A DNA stretch of 64,000 bases from Candidatus Latescibacterota bacterium (lineage in GTDB: Bacteria; Latescibacterota; UBA2968; UBA8231). Made by a program: the position numbers and the translations under genes. Location of the stretch: contig CBDFJF010000001.1 in NCBI GenBank assembly GCA_965248265.1, positions 608,001 to 672,000 of the forward strand. Direction: 5' to 3'. The notes below the pieces were generated by a model, which did no database searches, was not told the DNA's origin, and saw only the letters and a program-made list of their open reading frames with translations. This document shows, piece after piece, positions 1-9,050 of this stretch. The number at the start of each line of letters is the position of its first letter. The stretch's first letter is position 1.

Positions 1-372
1 ACGCACGTTGATGTAGATGCCGCGTACGGTTTCACCGCCGATGGTCGAGTCTCGCTCCTGCGTTGGACGGGGATTCAGTCCGAGCGGACCCAGTGGTATG
101 CGCAGGGACTGTCCCGTGGTCAACACATCGCTGGTCAAGCGGTTGTGGTAGCGTGTCCAGTCCAGCATCTCATGGGCGGTGGCATAGTCGCTTGTTAGAA
201 AATGCCGCATCACGACTTGAGACAGACTCTGCCCCCGGCGAACGATTACCAGCGTGTCCCGCACGGCCGACAGACTGCCGTCCGCAACCACCGGAGCTCG
301 CGCGGCGACCTCAGGAGTGCTCACCGCGAGGCCTAGAAGAAGCAAGGCCTGACAGCGGAGTGACGCCTTCAT
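1..372 (-). CDS. Partial (3' end outside window) secreted LysM-domain protein, probably followed by a glycoside hydrolase-like domain
   Basis: Not in the ORF track. Manual translation from ATG at 372 (ATGA overlap with the upstream stop) gives MKASLRCQALLLLGLAV...VIVRRGQSLSQV...NRLTSDVLTTGQSLRIP...VRGIYINVR: signal peptide plus a LysM-like segment. Confidence 0.6.
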   Translation of the reverse strand, partial: MKASLRCQALLLLGLAVSTPEVAARAPVVADGSLSAVRDTLVIVRRGQSLSQVVMRHFLTSDYATAHEMLDWTRYHNRLTSDVLTTGQSLRIPLGPLGLNPRPTQERDSTIGGETVRGIYINVR

Positions 373-2162
373 GGCATCCAGCCCTCGGCGAGAAAACGCT
401 CTTCGATGGTCAGGTCCGCGAAACTGGTGAGCCACTGCTCCGGTGCTACGAGCTCTTGCTGCTGCTTCATCGTCAGGCGTGAAAACATGATCACCCGGTT
501 CATGGCAAAAGTCACCGTGGACACCTTGCCACCCTCTAGAAGAACATCAAGATCGTGCCTCTTACCCTGGTACCAAAGTTGGAGGGAGTGGGGGCCGGCG
601 CTGAGATTGTGCAGCAGCAAACCGTTGGTCGCCTCCATTGTCGAGTCGATGGCGTTGCCGTCGTCGAGTCGTAGGCGCAGTCCGTTGCTTATCAAAGACC
701 CCAGCGGCGAGAGGACTACGGCCAGCGACGCGTCCAGGGTCTCCAGCATCTCCGGGTCCATCCAGGATTCGGTGGTACCCGCCAGCTCTTCTCGGTACGC
801 GCCGGGTGTGCGCTGTTCCGGTCGTGACTGCATCCAGGATGGCGGTGACCGGCGCACTACCGGACCATCGGTGCGTTGCAGAGCGTGGGCGACGATATTC
901 ACAGCCGCCATGAGGGAGGGGCCGGTGGTGACTTCTTCCCCTTCAGCGTCCACACCACCAACCCAATTGCTGTGCAGACCGAGATCACTGACCAGTGCGA
1001 CCAGACGTCCGTCGAGTTCGGCTCCGTAGAGGCCGAGCGCGGGCAGGGTCGGCTGCGCCGGTGGCGCCGGTGTGACGTCTCGTCGGCGCCGGACTCGGAC
1101 ATCGACGGTCGCCGTCGGGGCCAGCCTGCCGGGCCGAAAAGCCCCGGGATAATACCACGAGGTCCCCGGTAGCGAAGCGAAATCAGCAGTTTCCTCTTTG
1201 TAGTACTCGCCCGGAAAGCCCGCGTCGAAATCGTAGTACGAGTGATAAACCGGGTGCGTGGTTGGCAGTGGCGCGAGTCGAGCACCGGGTCCGAGTACCT
1301 CGTGCAGCACGGCCAGCGTCTGGGTGAGAAAGCGATAGCCGTGTGGGCTTACAGGATTCGACTCGATGAACAGGAATCCCCCCTCTCTCAGATAGCGCCC
1401 CAGTAACGTCTTCTCAGCCTGGTTGAAGTTTACAAGAATCGCATCCTGCGAGATCGGCATTCCCCCACCTTCCAACAAAAAGTGAATGGGGTCCTTCAAC
1501 AATTGTTCAGACACGAAATGGCGGTGCTGGACTCCCCGAACCCGGGCAAATATTCCAGTGTAGTCGCGCAAATGACGGGCCACGCCTTCCAACTCACCTG
1601 TACGGCCCGCGCCCACCCCGTAGAGGTTGAGACGCGTGAAGTTGATGAAACCGCGCGTATCCCGACGTCCGAGGGCGCCGACGATTATGGCGGCTCGATA
1701 TCCGTCTGCTTCGGCGAGATCCTGAATACGAAGCAGATCCATGGCGGTCTCCCCCTCTGCCAGCCCTCCAGGCCCGTGCCTGCCCGGAGACATCATACGC
1801 TGGCTGGTGATCGCCAGGGTATCGGCTCGCATTCCCGGGTTCGGTGCAACCAGATCCGTCGCCAGGACGGTTGACGCATCCAGAGATAGTCGCGGCGGTG
1901 GTGCCTCATCAGCATCCTCAGCCTTGCGGGACATCGGCTCTGATGGCACGTATGCAATCTGGGGTGCCGGGCGCGATTTCGGACGCACAGTGGTCAGTCG
2001 TCGGGGTTCGAAGCGGGGGGTCAATGCCAATCGGTAGCGGAATGCCTCGCCCTGCCGTACCTCGCTCCACCAGATATCGGCGAACCAGATCACCAGAACA
2101 TGCAGGAGCGCGGAGGCGGCGATACCCACCACCACTGCACGGTCACGGGGAGATCGTTTCAC
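369..2162 (-). CDS. Membrane-anchored DUF4159-like domain protein
   Basis: N-terminal TM helix; motifs LGRYLREGGFLF, HPVYHSYYDF and LYGAELDGRLVALVSDLGL resemble DUF4159. Confidence 0.55.
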   Translation of the reverse strand: MKRSPRDRAVVVGIAASALLHVLVIWFADIWWSEVRQGEAFRYRLALTPRFEPRRLTTVRPKSRPAPQIAYVPSEPMSRKAEDADEAPPPRLSLDASTVLATDLVAPNPGMRADTLAITSQRMMSPGRHGPGGLAEGETAMDLLRIQDLAEADGYRAAIIVGALGRRDTRGFINFTRLNLYGVGAGRTGELEGVARHLRDYTGIFARVRGVQHRHFVSEQLLKDPIHFLLEGGGMPISQDAILVNFNQAEKTLLGRYLREGGFLFIESNPVSPHGYRFLTQTLAVLHEVLGPGARLAPLPTTHPVYHSYYDFDAGFPGEYYKEETADFASLPGTSWYYPGAFRPGRLAPTATVDVRVRRRRDVTPAPPAQPTLPALGLYGAELDGRLVALVSDLGLHSNWVGGVDAEGEEVTTGPSLMAAVNIVAHALQRTDGPVVRRSPPSWMQSRPEQRTPGAYREELAGTTESWMDPEMLETLDASLAVVLSPLGSLISNGLRLRLDDGNAIDSTMEATNGLLLHNLSAGPHSLQLWYQGKRHDLDVLLEGGKVSTVTFAMNRVIMFSRLTMKQQQELVAPEQWLTSFADLTIEERFLAEGWMP

Positions 2163-2309
2163 TTGCTATGCCATTCTGACTTCGTGAACACGGGCGTGCG
2201 ATCGCACGCCAGCCCGACACCGAAGATATGCTGCTAACGTTAATAAAATCAATTTTTTATCGATCGGCGCAAGAGCGCTTCAGGGCCGTTTTCGGCTGCC
2301 TTACGACCC

Positions 2310-2337
2310 TTGCACGACAAGGCCCCTCCCGTATATT
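2310..2337 (+). promoter_or_regulatory. Candidate sigma70 promoter for the aceEF-lpdA operon
   Basis: TTGCAC-N16-TATATT upstream of the aceE leader. Confidence 0.35.
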
Positions 2338-2388
2338 GTCTTGCTCTCGCAGACCCCGTCCTCGCGATCATCAAGATGATCAGTCACC

Positions 2389-2554
2389 AGGAGCCTGTCC
2401 GAGTATTCGCTTTGATAGGCGAGGGGGCGTCATTGTCGTCGATGGCAAGGCGCGTGATCGATCTGAATTGATGAATTCAGAGAGAGAAACGGAACGCTGG
2501 CAGCGGCGGCAATGACGCCCCCGCAGCCCAAATGGGATACTCGGACAGGCTCCT
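2389..2554. repeat. 166-bp long palindromic (MITE/REP-like) element in the aceE leader
   Basis: Perfect 18-bp terminal IR AGGAGCCTGTCCGAGTAT (2389-2406 / 2537-2554), inner 13-bp IR GGGGGCGTCATTG (2423-2435 / 2510-2522), central hairpin TCTGAATT-GATG-AATTCAGA. Confidence 0.7.
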
Positions 2555-2572
2555 AGAGAGGTTGGATCCGAA

Positions 2573-5251
2573 TTGAGTCAGGAATCGAAACCGGATACCC
2601 ACGAGTACGCGCTGGAAGAGCAGGAGTGGCTGGAGTCTCTGGATTATGTCCTCGCCACCCATCCGGCGGAGCGAGTTCAGCAATTGTTGCGGCAATTGCT
2701 CGACCGCGCCGAACAGACGGGCGTCCAGTTCCCCTTTTCGGCCAACAGGCCTTACGTCAATACGATCAGACGGTCTGAGCAGCCGGCCTTCCCCGGCGAT
2801 CGAGAGATCGAGCGGCGAATCAAGAGCCTGATTCGCTGGAACGCCATGGCGATGGTGGTGCGAGCCAATCGGGATGCCGAGGCGTCTCCTGGAGGGCACA
2901 TTTCAACCTATGCCTCCCTGGCCACCCTCTACGAGGTCGGCTTCAATCACTTCTTCAAAGCCCGCGGCGACGGGCACAGCGGCGATCAGATCTATTTCCA
3001 GGGGCACTCCACCCCGGGGATTTACGCCCGCGCTTTTCTCGAGGGACGGCTGACGGAGCGCCATCTCGAAAACTTCCGGCGCGAACTGCGAGAAGAGGGC
3101 GGTCTGTCATCCTATCCACACCCGTGGTTGATGCCCGATTTCTGGCAATTCCCAACGGTGTCGATGGGGCTGGGACCGATTCTGTCGATCTACCAGGCTC
3201 GTTTCAACAAATACCTGCACGATCGCGACCTGGTGACCACCGATGGTTCGAAGGTATGGGCCTTTTTGGGAGACGGAGAGACCGATGAGCCTGAGGCTCT
3301 GGGTGCCATCAACCTGGCCTCCCGTGAACACCTCGACAATCTGATCTGGGTTATAAACTGCAATCTGCAGCGGCTCGACGGACCAGTCCGCGGCAACAGC
3401 AAGATCATCCAGGAACTCGAGGCGGCCTTCCGGGGCGCTGGCTGGAACGTCATCAAGGTGGTCTGGGGTGACGACTGGGATCCCCTTCTGGAGCGAGACA
3501 GCGAGGGCGCCCTGATGAAGCGCATGGGTGAGGTGGTGGATGGCGAGTACCAGAAATACACCGTCTCCGATGGCGCCTACATCCGCGAGCACTTTTTCGG
3601 CACGGACCCGAGGATGCTCAAGCTGGTCGAGCATCTGACGGACGATCAGCTACAGAAGATGCGCCGCGGCGGACATGATCCGGAGAAGGTCTACTCCGCC
3701 TTCAAGGCCGCGGTGGAAAACAGCGGATCGCCAACAGTCATTCTTGCGAAAACGGTCAAGGGATACGGGTTGGGAGAGGCGGGTGAGGGCAAGAACATTA
3801 CGCATCAACAGAAAAAACTCAACGAGGAAGAACTCGGCGAGTTTCGTTCCCGCTTCGGCATACCGATCTCGGATGACGACGTTGCCGCCGCGCCGTTCTA
3901 CCGCCCTCCAGAAGACAGCCCGGAGATCCGCTACTTGCATGAAAGGCGGGAAGCGCTCGGAGGATACTTGCCCGATCGCAAGGTGCTGGCGCAACCGCTG
4001 AAGACCCCGCCGACCGATTTCTTCGAGGAGTTCAAGGAAGGCTCGGGCGAGCGCGAGATTGCCACGACCATGGCTTTCGCCCGGGTGCTGACGAAGCTGA
4101 TGCGGCACGAGGAGATCGGCAAGCTGATCGTCCCCATCATCCCGGACGAGGCCCGCACCTTTGGCCTGGACGCCCTGTTCAGACCATTCGGCATCTACTC
4201 CCACGCCGGGCAGCTCTACGAGCCGGTGGACCGGGATACCCTGTCCTATTACAAAGAGGCCAAGGACGGGCAGGTTCTCGAGGAAGGCATCACGGAAGCC
4301 GGAGCCATGTCATCGTTCATCGCCGCCGGCACGGCCTACTCGACACACGGCGTCAACACCATCCCGTTTTTCGTCTACTACAGCATGTTCGGCATGCAAC
4401 GCATCGGCGACCAGGTCTGGTTGGCCGGGGACATGCGCTGCCGCGGCTTCATGATCGGAGGCACGGCCGGCCGCACCAGCTTGAGCGGCGAAGGCCTGCA
4501 GCACAACGACGGCAACAGCCATCTGCTGGCCTATCCAGTTCCGAACCTGATGGCCTACGATCTGGCCTTTGCCTACGAAATCGAGGTGGTCATCCGCGAC
4601 GGCATCCGGCGGATGTACGAGGAGCAGGAAAGCATCTTCTATTACCTGACGGTGGAGAACGAGAACTACGTCATGCCACCGATGCCGGAGGGTTGCGAGG
4701 AGGGCATTCTCCGCGGCCTCTATAAGTTCAAGCCGTCGACGAAAAAACGCTCAAAGCTGAAGGCCCATCTGCTGGGCAGCGGTGCCATCGTCAACATGGC
4801 TCTCGAAGCCCAGGATATTCTGGAGGAGCGCTATGGCGTCGCCACCGACGTATGGAGTGTGACCAGCTTCAAGCAACTACATTACGATGGAATCGAATGC
4901 GACCGCTGGAATCGAATGCACCCGGGAGAGGAGCCGCGTGTGCCTCACGTTGCTTTCTGTGTCGGCGGCGAAAAAGGAGTGTTCGTCGTCGCTTCCGACT
5001 ACGTCAAAGCTCTGTCGGAATCGATTGCCCGCTGGTTCCCGAAACCGCCGGTGTCACTGGGCACTGATGGCTTCGGGCGCAGCGAAGGACGTCGCGAGTT
5101 GCGAGATTTCTTCGAGGTCGACGCCCGCTTCATCGTGCTTTCCGCCCTCAGTGCCCTCGCCTCCGAAGACAGCATCGAGGAAAACGTCGTAGTTGACGCC
5201 ATGAAGGACATGGGTATCGACCCGGAAAAGCCCAACCCCGTTATCAGCTGA
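2573..5251 (+). CDS. aceE: Pyruvate dehydrogenase E1 component, homodimeric type
   Basis: 892 aa; GGHIST, YFQGH, SSYPHP, FPTVSMGLGP, GDGETDEPE (ThDP-binding) and GEGLQH motifs. Confidence 0.97.
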   Translation: MSQESKPDTHEYALEEQEWLESLDYVLATHPAERVQQLLRQLLDRAEQTGVQFPFSANRPYVNTIRRSEQPAFPGDREIERRIKSLIRWNAMAMVVRANRDAEASPGGHISTYASLATLYEVGFNHFFKARGDGHSGDQIYFQGHSTPGIYARAFLEGRLTERHLENFRRELREEGGLSSYPHPWLMPDFWQFPTVSMGLGPILSIYQARFNKYLHDRDLVTTDGSKVWAFLGDGETDEPEALGAINLASREHLDNLIWVINCNLQRLDGPVRGNSKIIQELEAAFRGAGWNVIKVVWGDDWDPLLERDSEGALMKRMGEVVDGEYQKYTVSDGAYIREHFFGTDPRMLKLVEHLTDDQLQKMRRGGHDPEKVYSAFKAAVENSGSPTVILAKTVKGYGLGEAGEGKNITHQQKKLNEEELGEFRSRFGIPISDDDVAAAPFYRPPEDSPEIRYLHERREALGGYLPDRKVLAQPLKTPPTDFFEEFKEGSGEREIATTMAFARVLTKLMRHEEIGKLIVPIIPDEARTFGLDALFRPFGIYSHAGQLYEPVDRDTLSYYKEAKDGQVLEEGITEAGAMSSFIAAGTAYSTHGVNTIPFFVYYSMFGMQRIGDQVWLAGDMRCRGFMIGGTAGRTSLSGEGLQHNDGNSHLLAYPVPNLMAYDLAFAYEIEVVIRDGIRRMYEEQESIFYYLTVENENYVMPPMPEGCEEGILRGLYKFKPSTKKRSKLKAHLLGSGAIVNMALEAQDILEERYGVATDVWSVTSFKQLHYDGIECDRWNRMHPGEEPRVPHVAFCVGGEKGVFVVASDYVKALSESIARWFPKPPVSLGTDGFGRSEGRRELRDFFEVDARFIVLSALSALASEDSIEENVVVDAMKDMGIDPEKPNPVIS

Positions 5252-5264
5252 TGGCATCGTCTCT

Positions 5265-6902
5265 ATGAGTTCGATTGAGTTCAAACTCCCCGATCTGGGA
5301 GAAAACATCGAGGCCGGAGAAGTCTTGAGTGTACTAGTCAGTGCCGGCGATCAATTGGAAGAAAACCAACCGGTAGTCGAACTGGAGACCGACAAGGCCG
5401 TGATCGAGGTGCCCTCATCCGTGAGCGGGCGGGTCACCGAGGTCCATGTGAGTCAGGGTGACCGGGCCGCGGTGGGACAGCTGATCCTGACCGTGGATGG
5501 AGCGGCTGAGGGTGACTCCGAACCCCCGAGCGCGGCAGCGGAACCGGCCACCTCAACCTCCGACGAGACGCCTGAGCTGCCAGCACCGGCGCCAGAGCCG
5601 GTTGCCTCAGCCGCAACGGCCGGGGGCTCGCGCGCCGAATTGCATCTCCCGGAACTGGGCGAGGGCGTGGATGGCGGTGATGTTATCGGCATTCTCGTCA
5701 ATGTCGGGGACAGCATCGCCGTGGATCAGCCGGTAATCGAAATCGAGATCGACAAAGGAGTGGTGGAGATGCCCGCGACGGTGGCCGGCATCGTTGAAGA
5801 GATCCATGTGAAGAAAGGAGACCGCGCCACGGAGGGACAGCTGATCCTCGTGATCAATGCTGCCGGCGTCTCCCCAGCTGTCGAAGCCGTTGCGCCCGTG
5901 GAAGCAAAAACCGCGACGCCGTCCCCTGCACCGGCTGTGCCACCGCCGGCTGCTCCAGCACCGGTGGCTGCTCCGGCACCAGCAACAGCCCCAGCTCGAA
6001 AGTTGATCCCCGCCGCACCTTCCGTACGACGTTTCGCGCGCGAGATCGGCATCGACATCGCACAGGTGACTGGGTCAGGTTCACGAGGACGGCTGTCGAT
6101 CCAGGACGTTAAGACCCACGCCAAGGGGCTGAACACCGGCCGTACTCAGGGGACCTCCTCCACCGTTGAAGCGGCGCCGCTTCCTGATTTCACCAAATGG
6201 GGTGAGATCGAGCGCGAACCGATGAGCAACGTCCGCCGAATTACTGCTAACCACATGGCGCGAGCCTGGGCGACGATCCCGCACGTGACCCAGTTCGACA
6301 AGGCCGACGTCACTCAGCTGGAGGTGTGGCGCAAGCAATTCGCCAAGCGAGCGGAGGCCGCCGGTGGCAAGCTGACGCCAACGGCAATCGTGCTCAAAAT
6401 CGCCGCCGCCGCACTGCACCGGTTTCCGCAGTTTTGCGCCAGCATCGATATGGCTGGTGAAGAGGTGATCTACAAAAAGTATTGCCACATCGGTGTCGCC
6501 GTCGACACACCCAGAGGACTGCTGGTACCGGTCGTTCGTGATGTCGACCGCAAGAATATCATCGAATTGGCAGTCGAATTGACTTCGATTGCCGAGAAGG
6601 CACGCACCGGTAAGCTCTCCATCGATGACATGCAGGGTGGCTGCTTTACCATCAGCAATCTCGGGGGAATCGGCGGCACCGCCTTCACCCCGATCGTCAA
6701 CGCACCGGAGGTGGGCATCCTCGGTATCGCGCGCAGCAACCACGAGCCGGTACTCACGGACGGACAGTTTGAGCCGCGCCTCATGATGCCACTGTCACTG
6801 TCGTTCGACCACCGTCTCATCGATGGGGCGGACGGGGCGCGCTTCCTGCGCTGGCTCTGCGAAGCCGTCGAGAATCCGTTCCTGCTGGCCCTCGAGGGTT
6901 GA
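5265..6902 (+). CDS. aceF: Dihydrolipoamide acetyltransferase E2 with two lipoyl domains
   Basis: Two lipoyl domains (ETDKA, EIDKG), Ala/Pro linkers, E3-binding domain, catalytic DHRLIDG. Confidence 0.96.
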   Translation: MSSIEFKLPDLGENIEAGEVLSVLVSAGDQLEENQPVVELETDKAVIEVPSSVSGRVTEVHVSQGDRAAVGQLILTVDGAAEGDSEPPSAAAEPATSTSDETPELPAPAPEPVASAATAGGSRAELHLPELGEGVDGGDVIGILVNVGDSIAVDQPVIEIEIDKGVVEMPATVAGIVEEIHVKKGDRATEGQLILVINAAGVSPAVEAVAPVEAKTATPSPAPAVPPPAAPAPVAAPAPATAPARKLIPAAPSVRRFAREIGIDIAQVTGSGSRGRLSIQDVKTHAKGLNTGRTQGTSSTVEAAPLPDFTKWGEIEREPMSNVRRITANHMARAWATIPHVTQFDKADVTQLEVWRKQFAKRAEAAGGKLTPTAIVLKIAAAALHRFPQFCASIDMAGEEVIYKKYCHIGVAVDTPRGLLVPVVRDVDRKNIIELAVELTSIAEKARTGKLSIDDMQGGCFTISNLGGIGGTAFTPIVNAPEVGILGIARSNHEPVLTDGQFEPRLMMPLSLSFDHRLIDGADGARFLRWLCEAVENPFLLALEG

Positions 6903-6908
6903 GGGTTG

Positions 6909-8333
6909 ATGGGAAACAGCACTCAACTGGTCGTCATCGGCGCTGGACCCGGAGGCTACGTCGCCGCCTTCAAAGCAGCGGACCTCGGCCTCGACGTCAC
7001 CCTGATCGATCTGGACCCCAACCCCGGAGGCGTCTGCCTCTACCGGGGATGCATCCCATCCAAAGCCCTGTTGCACGTTTCGCGCCTGCTGACCGAGTCG
7101 CGGGAAGCAGAAGAGTGGGGCATCAAGTTCGCCGAACCCGAAGTCGATCTGGACCAATTGAGGGCGTTCAAGGATCGCGTTGTCGCGCGCATGACCGGCG
7201 GCCTGGGGCAACTGTCCAAAGCCCGTAAGGTCACCTACATCCAGGGCCGCGCGCGTTTCAGTGGCCCGCACTCAGTGCAGATCGAAAAGCAGGACGGCAG
7301 CGAATCCGAGTTGACCTTCGAGCACGCCATCCTGGCTACGGGATCACGACCGGCCATGCCGAGACTGTTCGACATCGGTGACGACGTCGGTAGAGTCATG
7401 GATTCGACCGACGCCCTCGAACTGACTGACATTCCAGCGCGTCTTCTGGTAGTCGGCGGCGGCATCATCGGGGTGGAGCTGGGATCCGTCTACGCCGCCC
7501 TGGGCTCGGCTGTGTCCGTTGTCGAGATGATGCCGGGCTTGGTACCTCCGGCTGACCGCGACCTGGTGAAGCCGCTGCATTCGATGCTCGACAAGCGCTT
7601 TGAGAGCATCATGGTGGACACCAAGGTCACCCGCGTGGAGGCGGAGGGCGATTCCATCAGCGTCGAGATGGAGGCAGCCGACGGCACCAAATCATCTGCC
7701 CAGTATGACAAACTGCTGATCTCGGTAGGGAGAATCCCCAACTCGCAGGACCTGGGCCTGGAGACGACGGCCGTCGCCGTCGATGAGGCTGGCTACGTGC
7801 AGGTCGATGGACAACGTCGCACCGCGGAAACCTCGATTTTCGCCATCGGCGACATCATCGGTTCGGGCCTGGCCCACACGGCATCCCATGAGGGCACGGT
7901 CGCGGCGGAGGTGATCGCCGGCCATCAGAGAGTCGTCTTCGAACCCAACGCCATCCCCAGCGTCGTTTACACGGATCCGGAGGTCGCCTGGTGCGGGTTG
8001 ACGGAGGAGGAGGCCAGAATAGAGGGCCGCGAGATCGTCGTGTCCCGCTTCCCCTGGGCAGCATCGGGAAGAGCCACGACCGTCGACCGCAACGAGGGCC
8101 TGACCAAGATCATCGTCGATCCCGAAACGGATCGGGTGCTTGGGGTCGGTATCGTCGGCGTCGGCGCCGGCGAACTCATTGCCGAGGGCGTTCTGGCCGT
8201 CGAAATGGCTGCCCTGGTCAGCGACCTGCAGCTGACCATTCACCCACATCCCACCCTGTCGGAGACCGTGATGGAAGCCGCTGAGGCCCACTACGGCCAG
8301 AGCCCCCATATCTACGCCCCAAAGAAGAAGTAG
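6909..8333 (+). CDS. lpdA: Dihydrolipoamide dehydrogenase E3
   Basis: GAGPGGY, GGVCLYRGCIPSK redox motif, HPHPTLSE. Confidence 0.97.
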   Translation: MGNSTQLVVIGAGPGGYVAAFKAADLGLDVTLIDLDPNPGGVCLYRGCIPSKALLHVSRLLTESREAEEWGIKFAEPEVDLDQLRAFKDRVVARMTGGLGQLSKARKVTYIQGRARFSGPHSVQIEKQDGSESELTFEHAILATGSRPAMPRLFDIGDDVGRVMDSTDALELTDIPARLLVVGGGIIGVELGSVYAALGSAVSVVEMMPGLVPPADRDLVKPLHSMLDKRFESIMVDTKVTRVEAEGDSISVEMEAADGTKSSAQYDKLLISVGRIPNSQDLGLETTAVAVDEAGYVQVDGQRRTAETSIFAIGDIIGSGLAHTASHEGTVAAEVIAGHQRVVFEPNAIPSVVYTDPEVAWCGLTEEEARIEGREIVVSRFPWAASGRATTVDRNEGLTKIIVDPETDRVLGVGIVGVGAGELIAEGVLAVEMAALVSDLQLTIHPHPTLSETVMEAAEAHYGQSPHIYAPKKK

Positions 8334-8625
8334 CTACACCAACACCCATCGCCCACAGCCCGCCTGCCCCGGCAAGGTTTTCCCACACCAGATGCTGGAT
8401 AGTGGGAAATCGATTCCACTGCCATCGACCCGACTGGGTTCTAGGTAGGTCTATTAAGACCAATAAAAACAAGAGGTTGTATTATTTACGTCCTGTCCCC
8501 CAGTCAATCTGATGAAGGGCACGGTTTTTGCGGGTTTTTGCGATTGAGAAGAGTGATTGACAGATACTACCGGTCCGCCCGGGCGATTGGGCCTCTGGCG
8601 CTAGGATTGCTCTGGATTCCTGACC

Positions 8626-8865
8626 GTGCAAACTGAGATGAATACTTCGAACACCAACGTCATCGGACGCAGGCTGGACGAGCTGGATCGCCAGATCCAT
8701 ACCTGCCTCAAGGACATCCGCAAGAACCTGAAGGAACTTGAACAGGTGTCCAGCCAAGACGATTCCACTCCAGCCGGCGGCTCGGCCAAGACCGGTGCCG
8801 ACAAGCGTTTCTCTACCCTGTTCAAGGCCGCTCTGCAGGATCAAGACCCCCCGGCACCCGAATAG
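8626..8865 (+). CDS. Small hypothetical coiled-coil protein
   Basis: 79-aa ORF with an amphipathic heptad segment in an otherwise empty gap. Confidence 0.4.
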   Translation: MQTEMNTSNTNVIGRRLDELDRQIHTCLKDIRKNLKELEQVSSQDDSTPAGGSAKTGADKRFSTLFKAALQDQDPPAPE

Positions 8866-9050
8866 CCACCACCCCCCACAGACCGGTCGCCAGGGTCATC
8901 CTTCGCTGGCGGCCAAATTATTGCCTCACGGTCTTCTTCCATATATCCGATAAGTTTGTTGTCGGGGGTAACGGCACCTACTTATCTTTGGCCACCCGTC
9001 TTCAGGCTGTATCTCGAAACGCTCCATCCTCGAAACGCGAGCATCCGTCG

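Noticed and set aside
2389-2554. 6S RNA
   Set aside because: Similar size and rod shape, but I could not recognise 6S conserved motifs, and perfect terminal IRs fit a MITE-like repeat better.
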